Below, piece after piece: positions 41,430 to 51,290 of a DNA stretch of 64,000 nucleotides. The stretch lies in contig CAYNMD010000003.1 in NCBI GenBank assembly GCA_964398485.1, positions 1,334-65,333 on the forward strand. The letters are read 5' to 3'. Source of the stretch: an uncultured Bdellovibrionales bacterium. Lineage in GTDB: Bacteria > Patescibacteriota > Minisyncoccia > Moranbacterales > UBA1568. Each line of letters opens with the position of its first letter. The first letter of the stretch is position 1. The notes beneath the pieces are model-generated. The model did no database searches. It saw only the letters and a list, made by a program, of their open reading frames with translations, and had not been told where the DNA came from. The position numbers and the translations under genes were made by a program.

Positions 41430-43196
41430 ATGCTGACATCACAAGAATTACGAGAGAAATACCTGGCTTTTTTTAAAGAACGTAGCCACGCGGTTATTCC
41501 CTCTGCTCCACTCGTGCCAGAAAATGATCCCTCGGTACTGTTTAACACCGCTGGAATGCAGCCACTTGTTCCCTATCTCCTCGGGAAGCCACACCCAATG
41601 GGAAAGCGCATCGTAGACGTTCAAAAATGTGTCCGTACAGGAGATATTGATGATGTGGGTGATGATACCCATCTTACTTTTTTTGAAATGCTTGGTAATT
41701 GGTCTCTTGGAGATTATTTTAAACAGGATTCAATAGAATGGTCTTGGGAGTTTTTGACAAGCAAAGAGTGGCTTGGCCTTGATCCAAAAATGCTCTCAGT
41801 AACTGTTTTTGAGGGGGATGCTAATGCTCCGCGAGATGAAGAATCTGCATCGATTTGGAAATCACTGGGAGTCCCAGAAAATCGCATCGCTTATCTTCCT
41901 GCTGAAGATAACTGGTGGGCAGCTGGACCAACTGGTCCTTGTGGTCCAGATACAGAAATATTTTATTGGGTTGGAGCAGGAGAACCTCAGGGTAATAAAG
42001 GATCCCATTCCAGGGAGTGGATGGAGATTTGGAATAATGTTTTCATGCAATATAACCGTATTGATGAGAAGACTCTCGAAAAGCTTCCTGCCCCCTGTGT
42101 CGATACGGGTATGGGACTTGAGCGCACGATTGTGACTTTGAATGGACTGAAACATGTCTATGAAACAGATGCTTTTTCTGATGCTTTGCGGAATATCAGA
42201 GAGAAGGTAGGAGAGGGAAGCTATCAGGAGCGTTCAGCTCGTATTATCGTCGATCATCTCAGAGCAGCTACGCATATGATTGCTGATGGGGTGGTGCCAA
42301 AAAATGTTGACCAAGGGTATATTCTTCGTCGTCTCATCCGTCGGGCTATTCGAGAGTTCTACAAAATGGGTTATGAAAAACCAGTTGTTGCTGATATCGC
42401 CGAACTCTTTATTGCTAAGTTTGAAACAGTGTATACAACAGTAAAAGAACGTAAAGCAACCATTCTAGAGGAGCTTATTCGTGAGGAGACCAAATTTAGG
42501 AATACTCTTGCCAAGGGTCTAAAAGAATTTGAACAACGTATCAAAGCAGAAGACTTTTCCGGTAAAGATGCCTTTGATCTTTTTTCTACGTACGGTTTTC
42601 CATTAGAAATGACCCAAGAACTCGCGCGAGAAAAGAATATTTCTATTGACCCATCCTCCTTTCGGGAAGAATTCAAAAAACATCAAGACCTTTCCCGAAC
42701 TGCAGCTGCTGGAAAATTTAAGGGCGGATTAGGCGGGGATAGTCCTAAAATTACTGCTTTTCATACAGCAACCCATCTCATGCTCGCAGCGCTCAGGAAA
42801 GAGCTCGGAACTCATATCCATCAGGCTGGATCAAATATTACCGAAGAGCGCACTCGTTTTGATTTTACTCATCCAGAAAAGGTATCCCGGGAAGTATTGG
42901 ATCGAGTGGAAAACTATGTCAATGAGGCTATTACGGCTGGGGCAGAAGTTACTATTACGGTCATGCCCAAAGAAGAGGCCAAGGCTCAGGGGGTAGAGGG
43001 AAGTTTTTGGGAAAAATACCCAGATAAAGTCAATGTGTATCAGGTAAAGAGTCGTGATACGATCTATTCACAAGAGCTTTGTGGTGGTCCTCATGTTGCC
43101 AACACCCAAGAGATAGGACATTTTGGTCGGTTTCGAATCATCAAAGAAGAGGCTTCTTCAGCTGGTGTGCGTCGTGTCAAAGGTATATTTGAGTAA
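41430..43196 (+). CDS. alaS: Alanine--tRNA ligase (short form, no C-Ala domain)
   Basis: LFNTAGMQP, QKC.RT, FFEMLGN.S, DTGMGLER, HTATHL, ELCGGPH. Confidence 0.96.
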   Translation: MLTSQELREKYLAFFKERSHAVIPSAPLVPENDPSVLFNTAGMQPLVPYLLGKPHPMGKRIVDVQKCVRTGDIDDVGDDTHLTFFEMLGNWSLGDYFKQDSIEWSWEFLTSKEWLGLDPKMLSVTVFEGDANAPRDEESASIWKSLGVPENRIAYLPAEDNWWAAGPTGPCGPDTEIFYWVGAGEPQGNKGSHSREWMEIWNNVFMQYNRIDEKTLEKLPAPCVDTGMGLERTIVTLNGLKHVYETDAFSDALRNIREKVGEGSYQERSARIIVDHLRAATHMIADGVVPKNVDQGYILRRLIRRAIREFYKMGYEKPVVADIAELFIAKFETVYTTVKERKATILEELIREETKFRNTLAKGLKEFEQRIKAEDFSGKDAFDLFSTYGFPLEMTQELAREKNISIDPSSFREEFKKHQDLSRTAAAGKFKGGLGGDSPKITAFHTATHLMLAALRKELGTHIHQAGSNITEERTRFDFTHPEKVSREVLDRVENYVNEAITAGAEVTITVMPKEEAKAQGVEGSFWEKYPDKVNVYQVKSRDTIYSQELCGGPHVANTQEIGHFGRFRIIKEEASSAGVRRVKGIFE

Positions 43197-43217
43197 AATA
43201 TTTTCCCATAAAATAAT

Positions 43218-43258
43218 GCAGCCCGCTGATATTCTTGTTGGAATAAGCGGGCTGTTTT
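43218..43258 (+). terminator. Intrinsic terminator after alaS
   Basis: gcagcccgct..agcgggctgtttt. Confidence 0.65.
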
Positions 43259-43301
43259 CATGATGACTTGGTGCGAGAGTAACTTGCTGGAGCTACTCGT
43301 G

Positions 43302-43685
43302 CTAGCCTGCCTTGCGCAGTGCTGTAGCAGGTACCCGAGCTTGAGTGCCCTTTACTCTCCCGCGGATGAGGACCCTCTCATCCGTCTCAATGGTTGATGG
43401 TTGTCCTGGCGTGAGATGGAGTGGTGACTCGACGATCGTATCGCGCGGGTCTTCTACTACTACCCAGGGAGGCGGACCTAGATGCTGCTCAAGTTGAGCA
43501 TGTGTTTGAGCCTCGATCCCTAACACAAGGGTAACGAGCTCGCCGTTATCGAAGATGCTCTCCATGGAAGTCGGTTGGGTTGATACAGGAACTGGAGCAA
43601 TCCCTTCTTGTAGCGACTCGAATCCAGCTGTCACTCTATCCATGAGCGCCTGGGTTTCGTGAAACTCCAAGTTTGTAGTTAGCAT
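43302..43685 (-). CDS. ORFan expression cassette (127 aa)
   Basis: GAGG SD before ATG 43685; two overlapping minus-strand promoters (TTGACC-17-TATACT, TTGACT-17-TACACT) at ~43795-43835. Confidence 0.55.
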   Translation of the reverse strand: MLTTNLEFHETQALMDRVTAGFESLQEGIAPVPVSTQPTSMESIFDNGELVTLVLGIEAQTHAQLEQHLGPPPWVVVEDPRDTIVESPLHLTPGQPSTIETDERVLIRGRVKGTQARVPATALRKAG

Positions 43686-43906
43686 ATATGCTTCCTCTGG
43701 ATATTTTGTGTACTTCCCCGGGTAAGGGGACACAAGATTCAAACCAAGCTCCACGGGCGCATCCAGACTTGTTGTTAAAGTCCTAAACGCCCGAGTGTAC
43801 TCCGAAAGTATACTTGAGTCAAGAGCGCTGGTCAAAGGCTTATACAAGCCAAAAGTTGACAAAATAACGGGAGTGCGCTAGAGTAGTCAGGTATCAAAAA
43901 CTATCT

Positions 43907-44212
43907 ATGATTGCTATTATCCAAACCGGTGGCAAGCAGTACCAGGTGACTGTCGGCACCAAACTCAAAATCGAGAAGCTGGAGGCTGCTGTTGGTGAAA
44001 CGGTGACCTTTCCTGCCCTCTTTGTTGGTGATGAAAAGAAGGTTGCGGTAGGTATTCCCGAACTCAAAGAAAAGGTATCAGCTACCGTTCTCGCTCACGG
44101 GAAAATGGCTGAAGTAAAAGGTATTCGTCATAAGGCTAAAAAGCGAGAGCTTACTCGTTATGGGCACCGCCAGCCTTGTACTGAAGTAGAAATCACTCAG
44201 ATTGGCGCCTAG
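43907..44212 (+). CDS. rplU: 50S ribosomal protein L21
   Basis: AIIQTGGKQY.V, GHRQ..TEV.I. Confidence 0.95.
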   Translation: MIAIIQTGGKQYQVTVGTKLKIEKLEAAVGETVTFPALFVGDEKKVAVGIPELKEKVSATVLAHGKMAEVKGIRHKAKKRELTRYGHRQPCTEVEITQIGA

Positions 44213-44218
44213 TAAAAT

Positions 44219-44247
44219 AAAAACCCGCTCACCGGAGCGGGTTTTTT
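44219..44247. terminator. Bidirectional terminator rplU/recR
   Basis: aaaaacccgctc accg gagcgggtttttt. Confidence 0.8.
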
Positions 44248-44260
44248 GTTGTCCTCTTTT

Positions 44261-44854
44261 TCAGAGTGTTTGACGATTATTGAGCGAAGAAGAGAGAGTG
44301 AGCTCATCAACGTATTCGATATCACCACCGGTAGCCATACCACGGGCAATACGAGTTATCTTGGTAGGCAGGTCTTTAAGTTTTGTTTTCAGGAAAAGGG
44401 AGGTGAGATCTCCTTCAGTAGTTGGGTTAAGCGCTAATATGACCTCTTTGATATGCTCACTTTCAATACGAGAAAGAAGCTCGCTTATATGAAGCTCTTG
44501 TTCCTTGGCGTTATTACTACCTTCAAGTACTCCGCCAAGCACATGATATCTTCCCTCAAAACTTCCTGTCCGTTCAATGGCGATCACATCAAGTGGTTCT
44601 TCTACGACACAGAGAACGCCATTTGATCGCTTTGCATCATTACAGAAGACACATAGGTGATTCTCTGTGATGTAGAAACATCGTTCACAGGGTTTAAGTC
44701 CGCTGAGATTTTCTAGGCACTCCGCAAAAGCAGTGAGTTTTGACGCATCTTGTTTGAAGAGATAGAGCACGAGTCGCTCGGCCATTTTTGGACCTATGGA
44801 TGGAAGACTGGAGAAGTGGGCGATCAAGTTCTGAAAGGCCTTTGGATACTGCAT
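44261..44854 (-). CDS. recR: Recombination protein RecR
   Basis: LPSIGPK.A.R, CxxC..CxxC, YHVLGG, NPT.EG, IEY.D..TL. Confidence 0.95.
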   Translation of the reverse strand: MQYPKAFQNLIAHFSSLPSIGPKMAERLVLYLFKQDASKLTAFAECLENLSGLKPCERCFYITENHLCVFCNDAKRSNGVLCVVEEPLDVIAIERTGSFEGRYHVLGGVLEGSNNAKEQELHISELLSRIESEHIKEVILALNPTTEGDLTSLFLKTKLKDLPTKITRIARGMATGGDIEYVDELTLSSSLNNRQTL

Positions 44855-44882
44855 AACCTAATAGATCTCTATTTTTTATGTA

Positions 44883-46265
44883 TTATTCGTGAGTACCCAT
44901 GGGGGGCTGATGAATTTTTTCGAGACTCTTGTAGCTCGCTGAGTTTTCCTCAAAGAAGAGGGTTACTTGGCCTACGGGACCATTACGATGTTTGGCAATA
45001 ATAACCTCAACAATGCCTTTGTTAGGGGTGTCTGGTCTTACTCTATCTTCACGATACAGGAACATAACAACGTCAGCATCTTGTTCGATACTTCCTGATT
45101 CACGGAGATCGGAAAGTTTTGGTCTTTGATCTGGTCTTGATTCTACTGCACGAGAAAGCTGGGAAAGAGCTACGATAGGAATATTGAGTTCACGAGCAAG
45201 TTGTTTCAGTCCTCGAGAAATTTCGGAAATTTCCTGAACGCGGTTGTCGCCTGAACGCGCTCGCCCTTCCATAAGCTGGAGATAGTCGATGATAATAAGT
45301 CCGAGATTATGTTCAGCTTGGAGACGTCTTGCCATAGTACGCATTTCCATGATGTTGAGCGATCCGGAGTCATCGATAAAAATAGGGGCTTCAGAGAGTA
45401 CTCCCATGGCATCGGAGAGTTTCTCAAAGTCATTGTCAGGTCCTTCGCTTTTGAGTTTACCTGTACGAAGGCGCCAAAGGTCTACTCCTGCCTGAGCGGC
45501 AAGCATACGGTCAATAAGTTGATCAGAACCCATTTCAAGAGAGAAAATACCAACCGGTACTTTGGCATGGATACCTACTTGGCGAGCAATATCAAGAGCG
45601 AAAGAGGTTTTACCAACCGATGGCCTAGCAGCCAAAATAACAAGATCTGACTTTTGGAGGCCAGCCAGAATATTATCAAGATCAGGAAAGTGGGTGGGGA
45701 CACCGCGCATAGCCCCACTGTTTTTATGGAGCTCGTCAATACGGTCAAAGGCTGATTCCAAAACACTGCGAATAGAGATGAAATCTTGCTTGATGTATTT
45801 TTGAGAAATTTGAAAAAGCTTTTGCTCAGCTTCATCGAGCACTTTTTGGACATCTTCAGAGTCGTCATATCCCATCTCGACGATTTCTGAAGCTGCTCCG
45901 ATGAGTCTCCGAAGAAGGGCTTTTTTCTGTACAAGTTTGGCGTAATGAACGATGTTGGAGGCTGAAGGGACAGAGTTTACCAGAGAAGCAAGGTAGCCTG
46001 ATCCACCCACTCGTTCGAGTTCTTTTTTCTCTTCGAGACGGTTGGCGAGAGAAAGTACATCAATTGGCTCGCGTTCCTCGTAGAGCGCGAGCATGGATTC
46101 ATAGATACGGTTGTGATCTTCCTTGTAGAAATCACCCACCTTCACGAGGTCAGCCACTTTAATAATGGCGTCTTTTTCAAGCATGAGGGCTCCCAAAACT
46201 GATTGCTCGGCCTCGATTGAATGCGGGGGAATGCGGATATGAGTCGCGGTAGATTTTTCTGGCAT
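44883..46265 (-). CDS. dnaB: Replicative DNA helicase
   Basis: PPHS.EAE.SVLG, ARPSVGKT, DYLQLM, LSQLSR, LRESGSIEQDAD, KHRNGP. Confidence 0.97.
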   Translation of the reverse strand: MPEKSTATHIRIPPHSIEAEQSVLGALMLEKDAIIKVADLVKVGDFYKEDHNRIYESMLALYEEREPIDVLSLANRLEEKKELERVGGSGYLASLVNSVPSASNIVHYAKLVQKKALLRRLIGAASEIVEMGYDDSEDVQKVLDEAEQKLFQISQKYIKQDFISIRSVLESAFDRIDELHKNSGAMRGVPTHFPDLDNILAGLQKSDLVILAARPSVGKTSFALDIARQVGIHAKVPVGIFSLEMGSDQLIDRMLAAQAGVDLWRLRTGKLKSEGPDNDFEKLSDAMGVLSEAPIFIDDSGSLNIMEMRTMARRLQAEHNLGLIIIDYLQLMEGRARSGDNRVQEISEISRGLKQLARELNIPIVALSQLSRAVESRPDQRPKLSDLRESGSIEQDADVVMFLYREDRVRPDTPNKGIVEVIIAKHRNGPVGQVTLFFEENSASYKSLEKIHQPPMGTHE

Positions 46266-46422
46266 AAGCAGGACTCGTTCAAAGATTGCAGTTTGTAGTA
46301 TATCGACTTTCTGAGGAGAGCGCTATGTGGACGGAGTGTTCATAAATCACTGATATTCTCTACTATTGACAAAATTAATGATTTATAATAAAGTCAAACT
46401 TCGTACCTTACCAGGAGATCCT

Positions 46423-46770
46423 ATGAATATGCCACGACCGGAGTTCATCCGTGGCATATTGCCTCGGGAGCTCATAGATGATCCGAGCATTGTCATGCTC
46501 AGTCCCAAGCCGTGTCAGCTGCATCGTCACACACCCATATTTGAGACGGTGTCGCATGGTGCTGGTGGTGCTGAGCGATTCGTCATTCTTCCCTCACCAG
46601 GAGTCTTGCAGGATCGCACGGTGCTGCACTATTTCACGAGCCCGCAGATCTATCGCTGGTGGATGAAGCATTGTGGTCGGGGCTTGCGTGGTGCCATCAT
46701 CTATCCGACCCTCTACAACGTCCAGGGAGAGAGAGTCTCTGGTGCTCTCCTTCTTGTAGCTTACGGCTGA
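46423..46770 (+). CDS. ORFan expression cassette (115 aa)
   Basis: TTGACA-17-TAAAGT (46366-46394), AGGAG SD, hairpin 46762-46793 over the stop codon. Confidence 0.6.
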   Translation: MNMPRPEFIRGILPRELIDDPSIVMLSPKPCQLHRHTPIFETVSHGAGGAERFVILPSPGVLQDRTVLHYFTSPQIYRWWMKHCGRGLRGAIIYPTLYNVQGERVSGALLLVAYG

Positions 46771-46807
46771 TGTCCATCGCGATGTCAGCCGTGAATTATT
46801 TCTAAAC

Positions 46808-48217
46808 TTACTTTCGTCTTACTTTTTGACCCTGTGGCGTGTCCTCTACCATAAAACCAAGCTTAAGAAATTCATCACGCAGTTCATCTGATCGATGGAA
46901 ATCTTTATTAGCCCGAGCTTGAGCTCGTTCATCGAGTAATGCCTGGACTTCACCAGGTATTTCTATAGCCTCCTCTCGGAGACCGAAAAGATCGTTTATT
47001 TTTTGGAAAAATGCAATGTGACGATCGGCATCAATAGGGGCACTTGTATCTAGAGCGAGATTGAGCTGTTGGCAGAGTTTTAGCGTTAAAGCCAAAACTT
47101 TGGGGGTATTGAGGTCATCATGAATAGCGGTGGTGACTTCAGTATCAATTTCGGAACCAAGGGTGTCTTGGGAATTTTGTTGGTTGGTGTAATTTTGCAG
47201 ACGTTCCACTACAGCAAAAATTGTTTCTTTGTTTTTCCGAGCCTGTGCCAATGCTTCCCAGGTGAAGTTCATTTGTGAACGGTAGTGGGCCGAAAGATAA
47301 AGCAATCTGAGATCCATAGCAGAATAACCACGCTCCTCGATATCTTCGAGTCGATAGAAATTCCCTTTGGACTTGGACATTTTTTCTCCATTGACGAGGA
47401 GGTGACGGGTATGGACCCAGTAGCGGACAAAGGGAGCGTCATTACCGCATTCACTCTGAGCAATCTCAGCTTCATGGTGAGGGAAGATATTGTCCTCACC
47501 GCCGGTATGAATATCGATCGTCGGGCCAAGGGTGGCGAGATTCATAGCCGAGCATTCGATATGCCAGCCTGGATAGCCGGTACCCCAGGGTGACTCCCAA
47601 TGCATCAGGTGTCCTTCGGGGCTTTTAAGCCAGAGAGCGAAGTCCCAAGGGTTTTTCTTATCGGGGTGTTCTTCGAGTCTGGCTCCAACTTTGAGTTTTT
47701 CCAAGGTGTTGCCTGAGAGCGCCCCGTATTGTTTGAACTGAGTCACATCAAAGAATACGTTGCCATTTTTTTCGTAAGCGAAACCTTTCTCAATGAGCCC
47801 TTGAATGAACTCGATCATCTGCGCTACATACGCTGTCGCTCGAGGTTCCTGATGAGCCCGTTTGATATTGAGCTTTTCTTCGGTGGTGTGATAATAGTCA
47901 GTGTAGAAACGAGCGATTTCTTCTGGTGTCCTTCCTTCTTTGGTAGCTTTTCTGACGAGTTTGTCTTCACCACTATCACCCTGACCGAGATCGTCGGCCG
48001 TGAGATGACCAACATCGGTGATGTTTTTGACATGCTCTACCGTGAGGCTATTGCTTTCGAGAGCGCGCCGCAAGGTGTCCGCCATTACATAGGACCTCAA
48101 ATTGCCGATATGGACATAATCATACACGGTTGGACCACAAGTATACATTTTTACTTGACCAGCCGTGAGCGGTTCAAAAACTTCTTTCTGTTTAGTGAGG
48201 GTATTGTAGAGTTCCAT
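46808..48217 (-). CDS. cysS: Cysteine--tRNA ligase
   Basis: CGPTVY..HIGN, GWHIECS, HHEAE.AQ, KMSKS. Confidence 0.97.
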   Translation of the reverse strand: MELYNTLTKQKEVFEPLTAGQVKMYTCGPTVYDYVHIGNLRSYVMADTLRRALESNSLTVEHVKNITDVGHLTADDLGQGDSGEDKLVRKATKEGRTPEEIARFYTDYYHTTEEKLNIKRAHQEPRATAYVAQMIEFIQGLIEKGFAYEKNGNVFFDVTQFKQYGALSGNTLEKLKVGARLEEHPDKKNPWDFALWLKSPEGHLMHWESPWGTGYPGWHIECSAMNLATLGPTIDIHTGGEDNIFPHHEAEIAQSECGNDAPFVRYWVHTRHLLVNGEKMSKSKGNFYRLEDIEERGYSAMDLRLLYLSAHYRSQMNFTWEALAQARKNKETIFAVVERLQNYTNQQNSQDTLGSEIDTEVTTAIHDDLNTPKVLALTLKLCQQLNLALDTSAPIDADRHIAFFQKINDLFGLREEAIEIPGEVQALLDERAQARANKDFHRSDELRDEFLKLGFMVEDTPQGQKVRRK

Positions 48218-48339
48218 GACAAAAATGTTGTAGCTTTGCCTCTAGCATAGGGGTGAATGACGGTAAAATCAAGAAAATCCCTGAACGGAGGGATTTTTGA
48301 TTCTTCTGTTTTTAATGAGTATAGGGTGGCGGAGAGGAA

Positions 48340-49251
48340 TCAGATCCACTTTTTCCATTTGAAAATAAAGAGAGTGGAGAGGGAAAGGACGATCATGACA
48401 ATAAAGTGAATCCAAAATCCCAAGGGGCTCCCATCAAAGGGGAGATTGACCACGTTCATTGACATGGCATTGGAGTAGACAGAAAGGGGAAGAATGACCG
48501 CCGAAAACACCGTCAGCACCTTCATTGTTTGGTCCAGCTTATTGGAGAGAAGAGAGTTGTTGGTAGCCTCGAGCGCTTCGATTGTTTCTTTGCTTGACTC
48601 GAGCATGTTCCAGATACGGATATTGGTGCTGATGAGGTCTTGAAAATATACCCGCAATTCTTTGGGGATGAATGGCTGATCAAGGAGCGCAATAGATTCG
48701 AGGAGTGACCGTTGTGGCTTGAGGGTACGGCGGAAATTGAGAATATCTCGTTTGACCACGGAAATTTCAGCTACCATTTCTTTCTCGAGGCCAGCAAACA
48801 CCTTGGTTTCAATAGAGTCGAGTTTTTCTGAAATATGTTTCAGTTTGGGGAAACAGGATTCGAGAAGAATTTGGAGTAGTCTATAGAGAGTATGCGCTGG
48901 CGTAGCCTCAAGGTATTCGTGGCGTAGCGAAGGCCGACTTTCGAGATCATCAAAGAATTTATCAATTTGATAAATATGGTGTCGATGACCAGTAATGAGG
49001 TGATCCTTGGTGAGGATAATATCAAGCTCTCCAGGGTACGTCGTTCGCTCCTTGACATCAAACAGTGGGACATGGAGCGAAAAGAAGAGGCAGTTCGAAT
49101 ACCGGAGTACCCGAGGCTGATAGCTCGGGGTGACAAGCTCTTCGATGACCAGCGGATGAATATCGAAATGTTCACTGAGGTAATCGATATCGTCCTTTCC
49201 AGGAGTCTCAAAATCGATCCAGGTCAAATCTTTATGTTCGAGGATGCGCAT
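48340..49251 (-). CDS. corA: CorA-family Mg2+ transporter
   Basis: WID, HPL..E, MK.LT..S..ILP; GMN motif appears as SMN; start moved to ATG 49251. Confidence 0.8.
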   Translation of the reverse strand: MRILEHKDLTWIDFETPGKDDIDYLSEHFDIHPLVIEELVTPSYQPRVLRYSNCLFFSLHVPLFDVKERTTYPGELDIILTKDHLITGHRHHIYQIDKFFDDLESRPSLRHEYLEATPAHTLYRLLQILLESCFPKLKHISEKLDSIETKVFAGLEKEMVAEISVVKRDILNFRRTLKPQRSLLESIALLDQPFIPKELRVYFQDLISTNIRIWNMLESSKETIEALEATNNSLLSNKLDQTMKVLTVFSAVILPLSVYSNAMSMNVVNLPFDGSPLGFWIHFIVMIVLSLSTLFIFKWKKWI

Positions 49252-49327
49252 TTTCTGTTGATTTTTTTCTAGTATATCAGGCCACTCTCTAGTTGACAAA
49301 GCAAGAGGGGAGGCGTATCCTCGTCCT

Positions 49328-49585
49328 ATGTTCCGCAAGCTCCTTTTGGCTCTCATCCGGCTCTATCAAAAGACACTTTCTCTCAACCATGGTCTCATAG
49401 GCTATGTAGTGTCCGAACGTTTTTGCCGGTTTCATCCAACTTGCTCTGAGTACACCTACCAGGCTATAGAACGCTGTGGCGTATTCCGAGGTAGCTGGAT
49501 GGGATGCAAACGCATCCTCCGCTGCCACCCATGGTCCGAAGGCGGTTACGACCCAGTCGTTCCATCTGAGGAAAAAGATCGTTAA
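49328..49585 (+). CDS. yidD: Membrane protein insertion efficiency factor
   Basis: [25 protein letters not shown]; TTGACA-17-TATCCT promoter 6 nt before the ATG. Confidence 0.92.
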   Translation: MFRKLLLALIRLYQKTLSLNHGLIGYVVSERFCRFHPTCSEYTYQAIERCGVFRGSWMGCKRILRCHPWSEGGYDPVVPSEEKDR

Positions 49586-49604
49586 GAGTCACTAGGAGTC
49601 AAAC

Positions 49605-49805
49605 TTGAACCAAGTGTTGGAAAGACATGTGGTGCCCCAGCGCTCTTGCGCTGGTCTCGTGTTTCCTGCAGAGCCGGTGCGCAAGGTGTTCTGCCACCGT
49701 GTCGAACGCCCGGTGAGTCCGAGCATGGCACACTCCTACTTCAAGTCGGGGGATCCGAAATGTGGGGGCTGCAGCCACGCCCAGCTGTGCCAGAACGACA
49801 ACTAG
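49605..49805 (+). CDS. 4-Cys microprotein A (C-x22-CxxC-x5-C)
   Basis: AGGAG SD, TTG start. Confidence 0.6.
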   Translation: MNQVLERHVVPQRSCAGLVFPAEPVRKVFCHRVERPVSPSMAHSYFKSGDPKCGGCSHAQLCQNDN

Positions 49806-49818
49806 GGAGGGAATCCAG

Positions 49819-50091
49819 ATGATTCATGACCTTCATGGTATGCGTCGTCCGCAGGCCTATGGCCGGCGACGGCGCGAACATCAGCAGGGCTTCGCTCTGT
49901 TGACTCCCGCTGTCGAGGCTCACCTGACCGAAGCGGCCACCGATCAACATCCACCGGTGCTGCGCTTCGAGTGCGCTCGCAACCCACAAGGTGGTACGGT
50001 GACGGTCGCCACGGCCCGGCGTCTCTATGCCCGCGGAAGCGGTGAGTGCAGCGCCTGTCGTCACCAACGTGACTGCAGCAACATCACCTGA
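49819..50091 (+). CDS. 4-Cys microprotein B (C-x24-CxxC-x5-C)
   Basis: GGGAGG SD before ATG 49819. Confidence 0.62.
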   Translation: MIHDLHGMRRPQAYGRRRREHQQGFALLTPAVEAHLTEAATDQHPPVLRFECARNPQGGTVTVATARRLYARGSGECSACRHQRDCSNIT

Positions 50092-50105
50092 AGAAGGAGT
50101 GCACC

Positions 50106-50321
50106 ATGGTCACGGTATCGTCACCACAAGGTCAACGTCTGCGGCAATCTGGCGCTGCGCCCATTTATGGCGTGGCCACCAACATCTACTGCCGGCGAGT
50201 CCAACGTGAACTCCCTGTCGGTCAGATTCGCCAGACGCTGTTCGAGCCCAAGAACTCGAGCTGCACCTTGTGCAAGGAAGGGAACGGCGGTCAGTTCCCT
50301 TGCCAGGCCAAGCAGACGTAG
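50106..50321 (+). CDS. 4-Cys microprotein C (C-x23-CxxC-x9-C)
   Basis: AAGGAG SD; IYCRRVQR resembles VFCHRVER of protein A. Confidence 0.62.
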   Translation: MVTVSSPQGQRLRQSGAAPIYGVATNIYCRRVQRELPVGQIRQTLFEPKNSSCTLCKEGNGGQFPCQAKQT

Positions 50322-50337
50322 GAGCGAGCACGGATCT

Positions 50338-50577
50338 ATGAGTATTCTCCGCAAGGACGGACGCTCTGGCTTCGAGGTCGTGTCCTGCATCAACCCAGGC
50401 TGCTCCCACACCTATCTCCTCGGTCAACCCTATGGGAGACACACCTCTCCCGAGGGCAAAGAGGGTGGTACCTGTTCCAAAGCTTGTGAAGACGCCTTTA
50501 CGGCTCTCATGAGAAGGAAGCAGGAGGAAGCGCTTCGTGCTGATAGCCGGTGGCAAGATCTCATGCCTGCAACCTGA
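50338..50577 (+). CDS. Zn-finger-like microprotein D (C-x4-C...CSxxC)
   Basis: TAGGAG upstream; TRASH/MYM-like CSKAC. Confidence 0.55.
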   Translation: MSILRKDGRSGFEVVSCINPGCSHTYLLGQPYGRHTSPEGKEGGTCSKACEDAFTALMRRKQEEALRADSRWQDLMPAT

Positions 50578-50649
50578 ACATCTTCCATCTTCGAGGGACT
50601 GTCACTCAACGAGTGGTGGTCCCTCGCAACATATCTGGAGGGAAAATTA

Positions 50650-50940
50650 GTGGACAGAATCATTTCGGCCGAGCTTCGGCTCACCCTGGTAGTGATCTTT
50701 ATGGGTGACCCGGACCCACTTCAGACGCTCGTGAGTAGCGACGTGCTTTTCTTGGCGAGAGAAGATCCCTTCGCTGAGACACTCTTCGATCAGGAGCGGT
50801 ATACATTGCCACAGCCGATGATTCGTTTGGTCGAGCTGCCAAGGCCGCATGGCTTCTCGTCCTATGGTCCGCCGCACTATCGGCGCTGGCCACTCAATCG
50901 TTCCACCCGTCGCCATCAACGCGGCAAACACTCGAGGTAA
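50650..50940 (+). CDS. ORFan E with basic C-terminus
   Basis: GGAGG SD, GTG start. Confidence 0.5.
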   Translation: MDRIISAELRLTLVVIFMGDPDPLQTLVSSDVLFLAREDPFAETLFDQERYTLPQPMIRLVELPRPHGFSSYGPPHYRRWPLNRSTRRHQRGKHSR

Positions 50941-50943
50941 ACC

Positions 50944-51150
50944 ATGCGAGAAAATAAGTTCGGCCCTTTCTTTCCGGGCACCCGTGTCCTGTGCCTTGCC
51001 GCCAGTCCACTTGGGGGCGGCGCTCGAATCCTTCTTTCGGAAGCAGCCAGGAGGTACAACCGCTACGAGGATGGATCAAGTAGCCCTTGCCTTTGCTGTG
51101 GTGACCCCAAGATGCCGTGCCGTGCCCTACGCCAAGCCATGAGGCAGTGA
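50944..51150 (+). CDS. Cys-rich microprotein F (C-x31-CxxC-x6-C)
   Basis: GAGGT SD. Confidence 0.58.
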   Translation: MRENKFGPFFPGTRVLCLAASPLGGGARILLSEAARRYNRYEDGSSSPCLCCGDPKMPCRALRQAMRQ

Positions 51151-51233
51151 GGGGGACACATATCCGCAATGTCCACTTGTGGATGCGTTTGTTTCATCAG
51201 AACACTGCCAAGCATCCCGAAGAGTAGGACAAC

Positions 51234-51275
51234 CGGCCCAGGAGGGGAATACCTCACCTGGGCCGTAACATTTTT
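51234..51275 (+). terminator. Terminator of the microprotein operon
   Basis: cggcccagg..cctgggccg then taacattttt. Confidence 0.65.
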
Positions 51276-51290
51276 CTACAGACACTCTTA

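Noticed and set aside
41430-43196. alaS as a truncated pseudogene
   Set aside because: Catalytic and editing motifs are intact and a terminator follows; short AlaS forms occur in reduced genomes.
49605-51150. Naming the microproteins whiB
   Set aside because: Only the Cys spacing matches; the G(V/I)WGG motif and downstream helix are missing.
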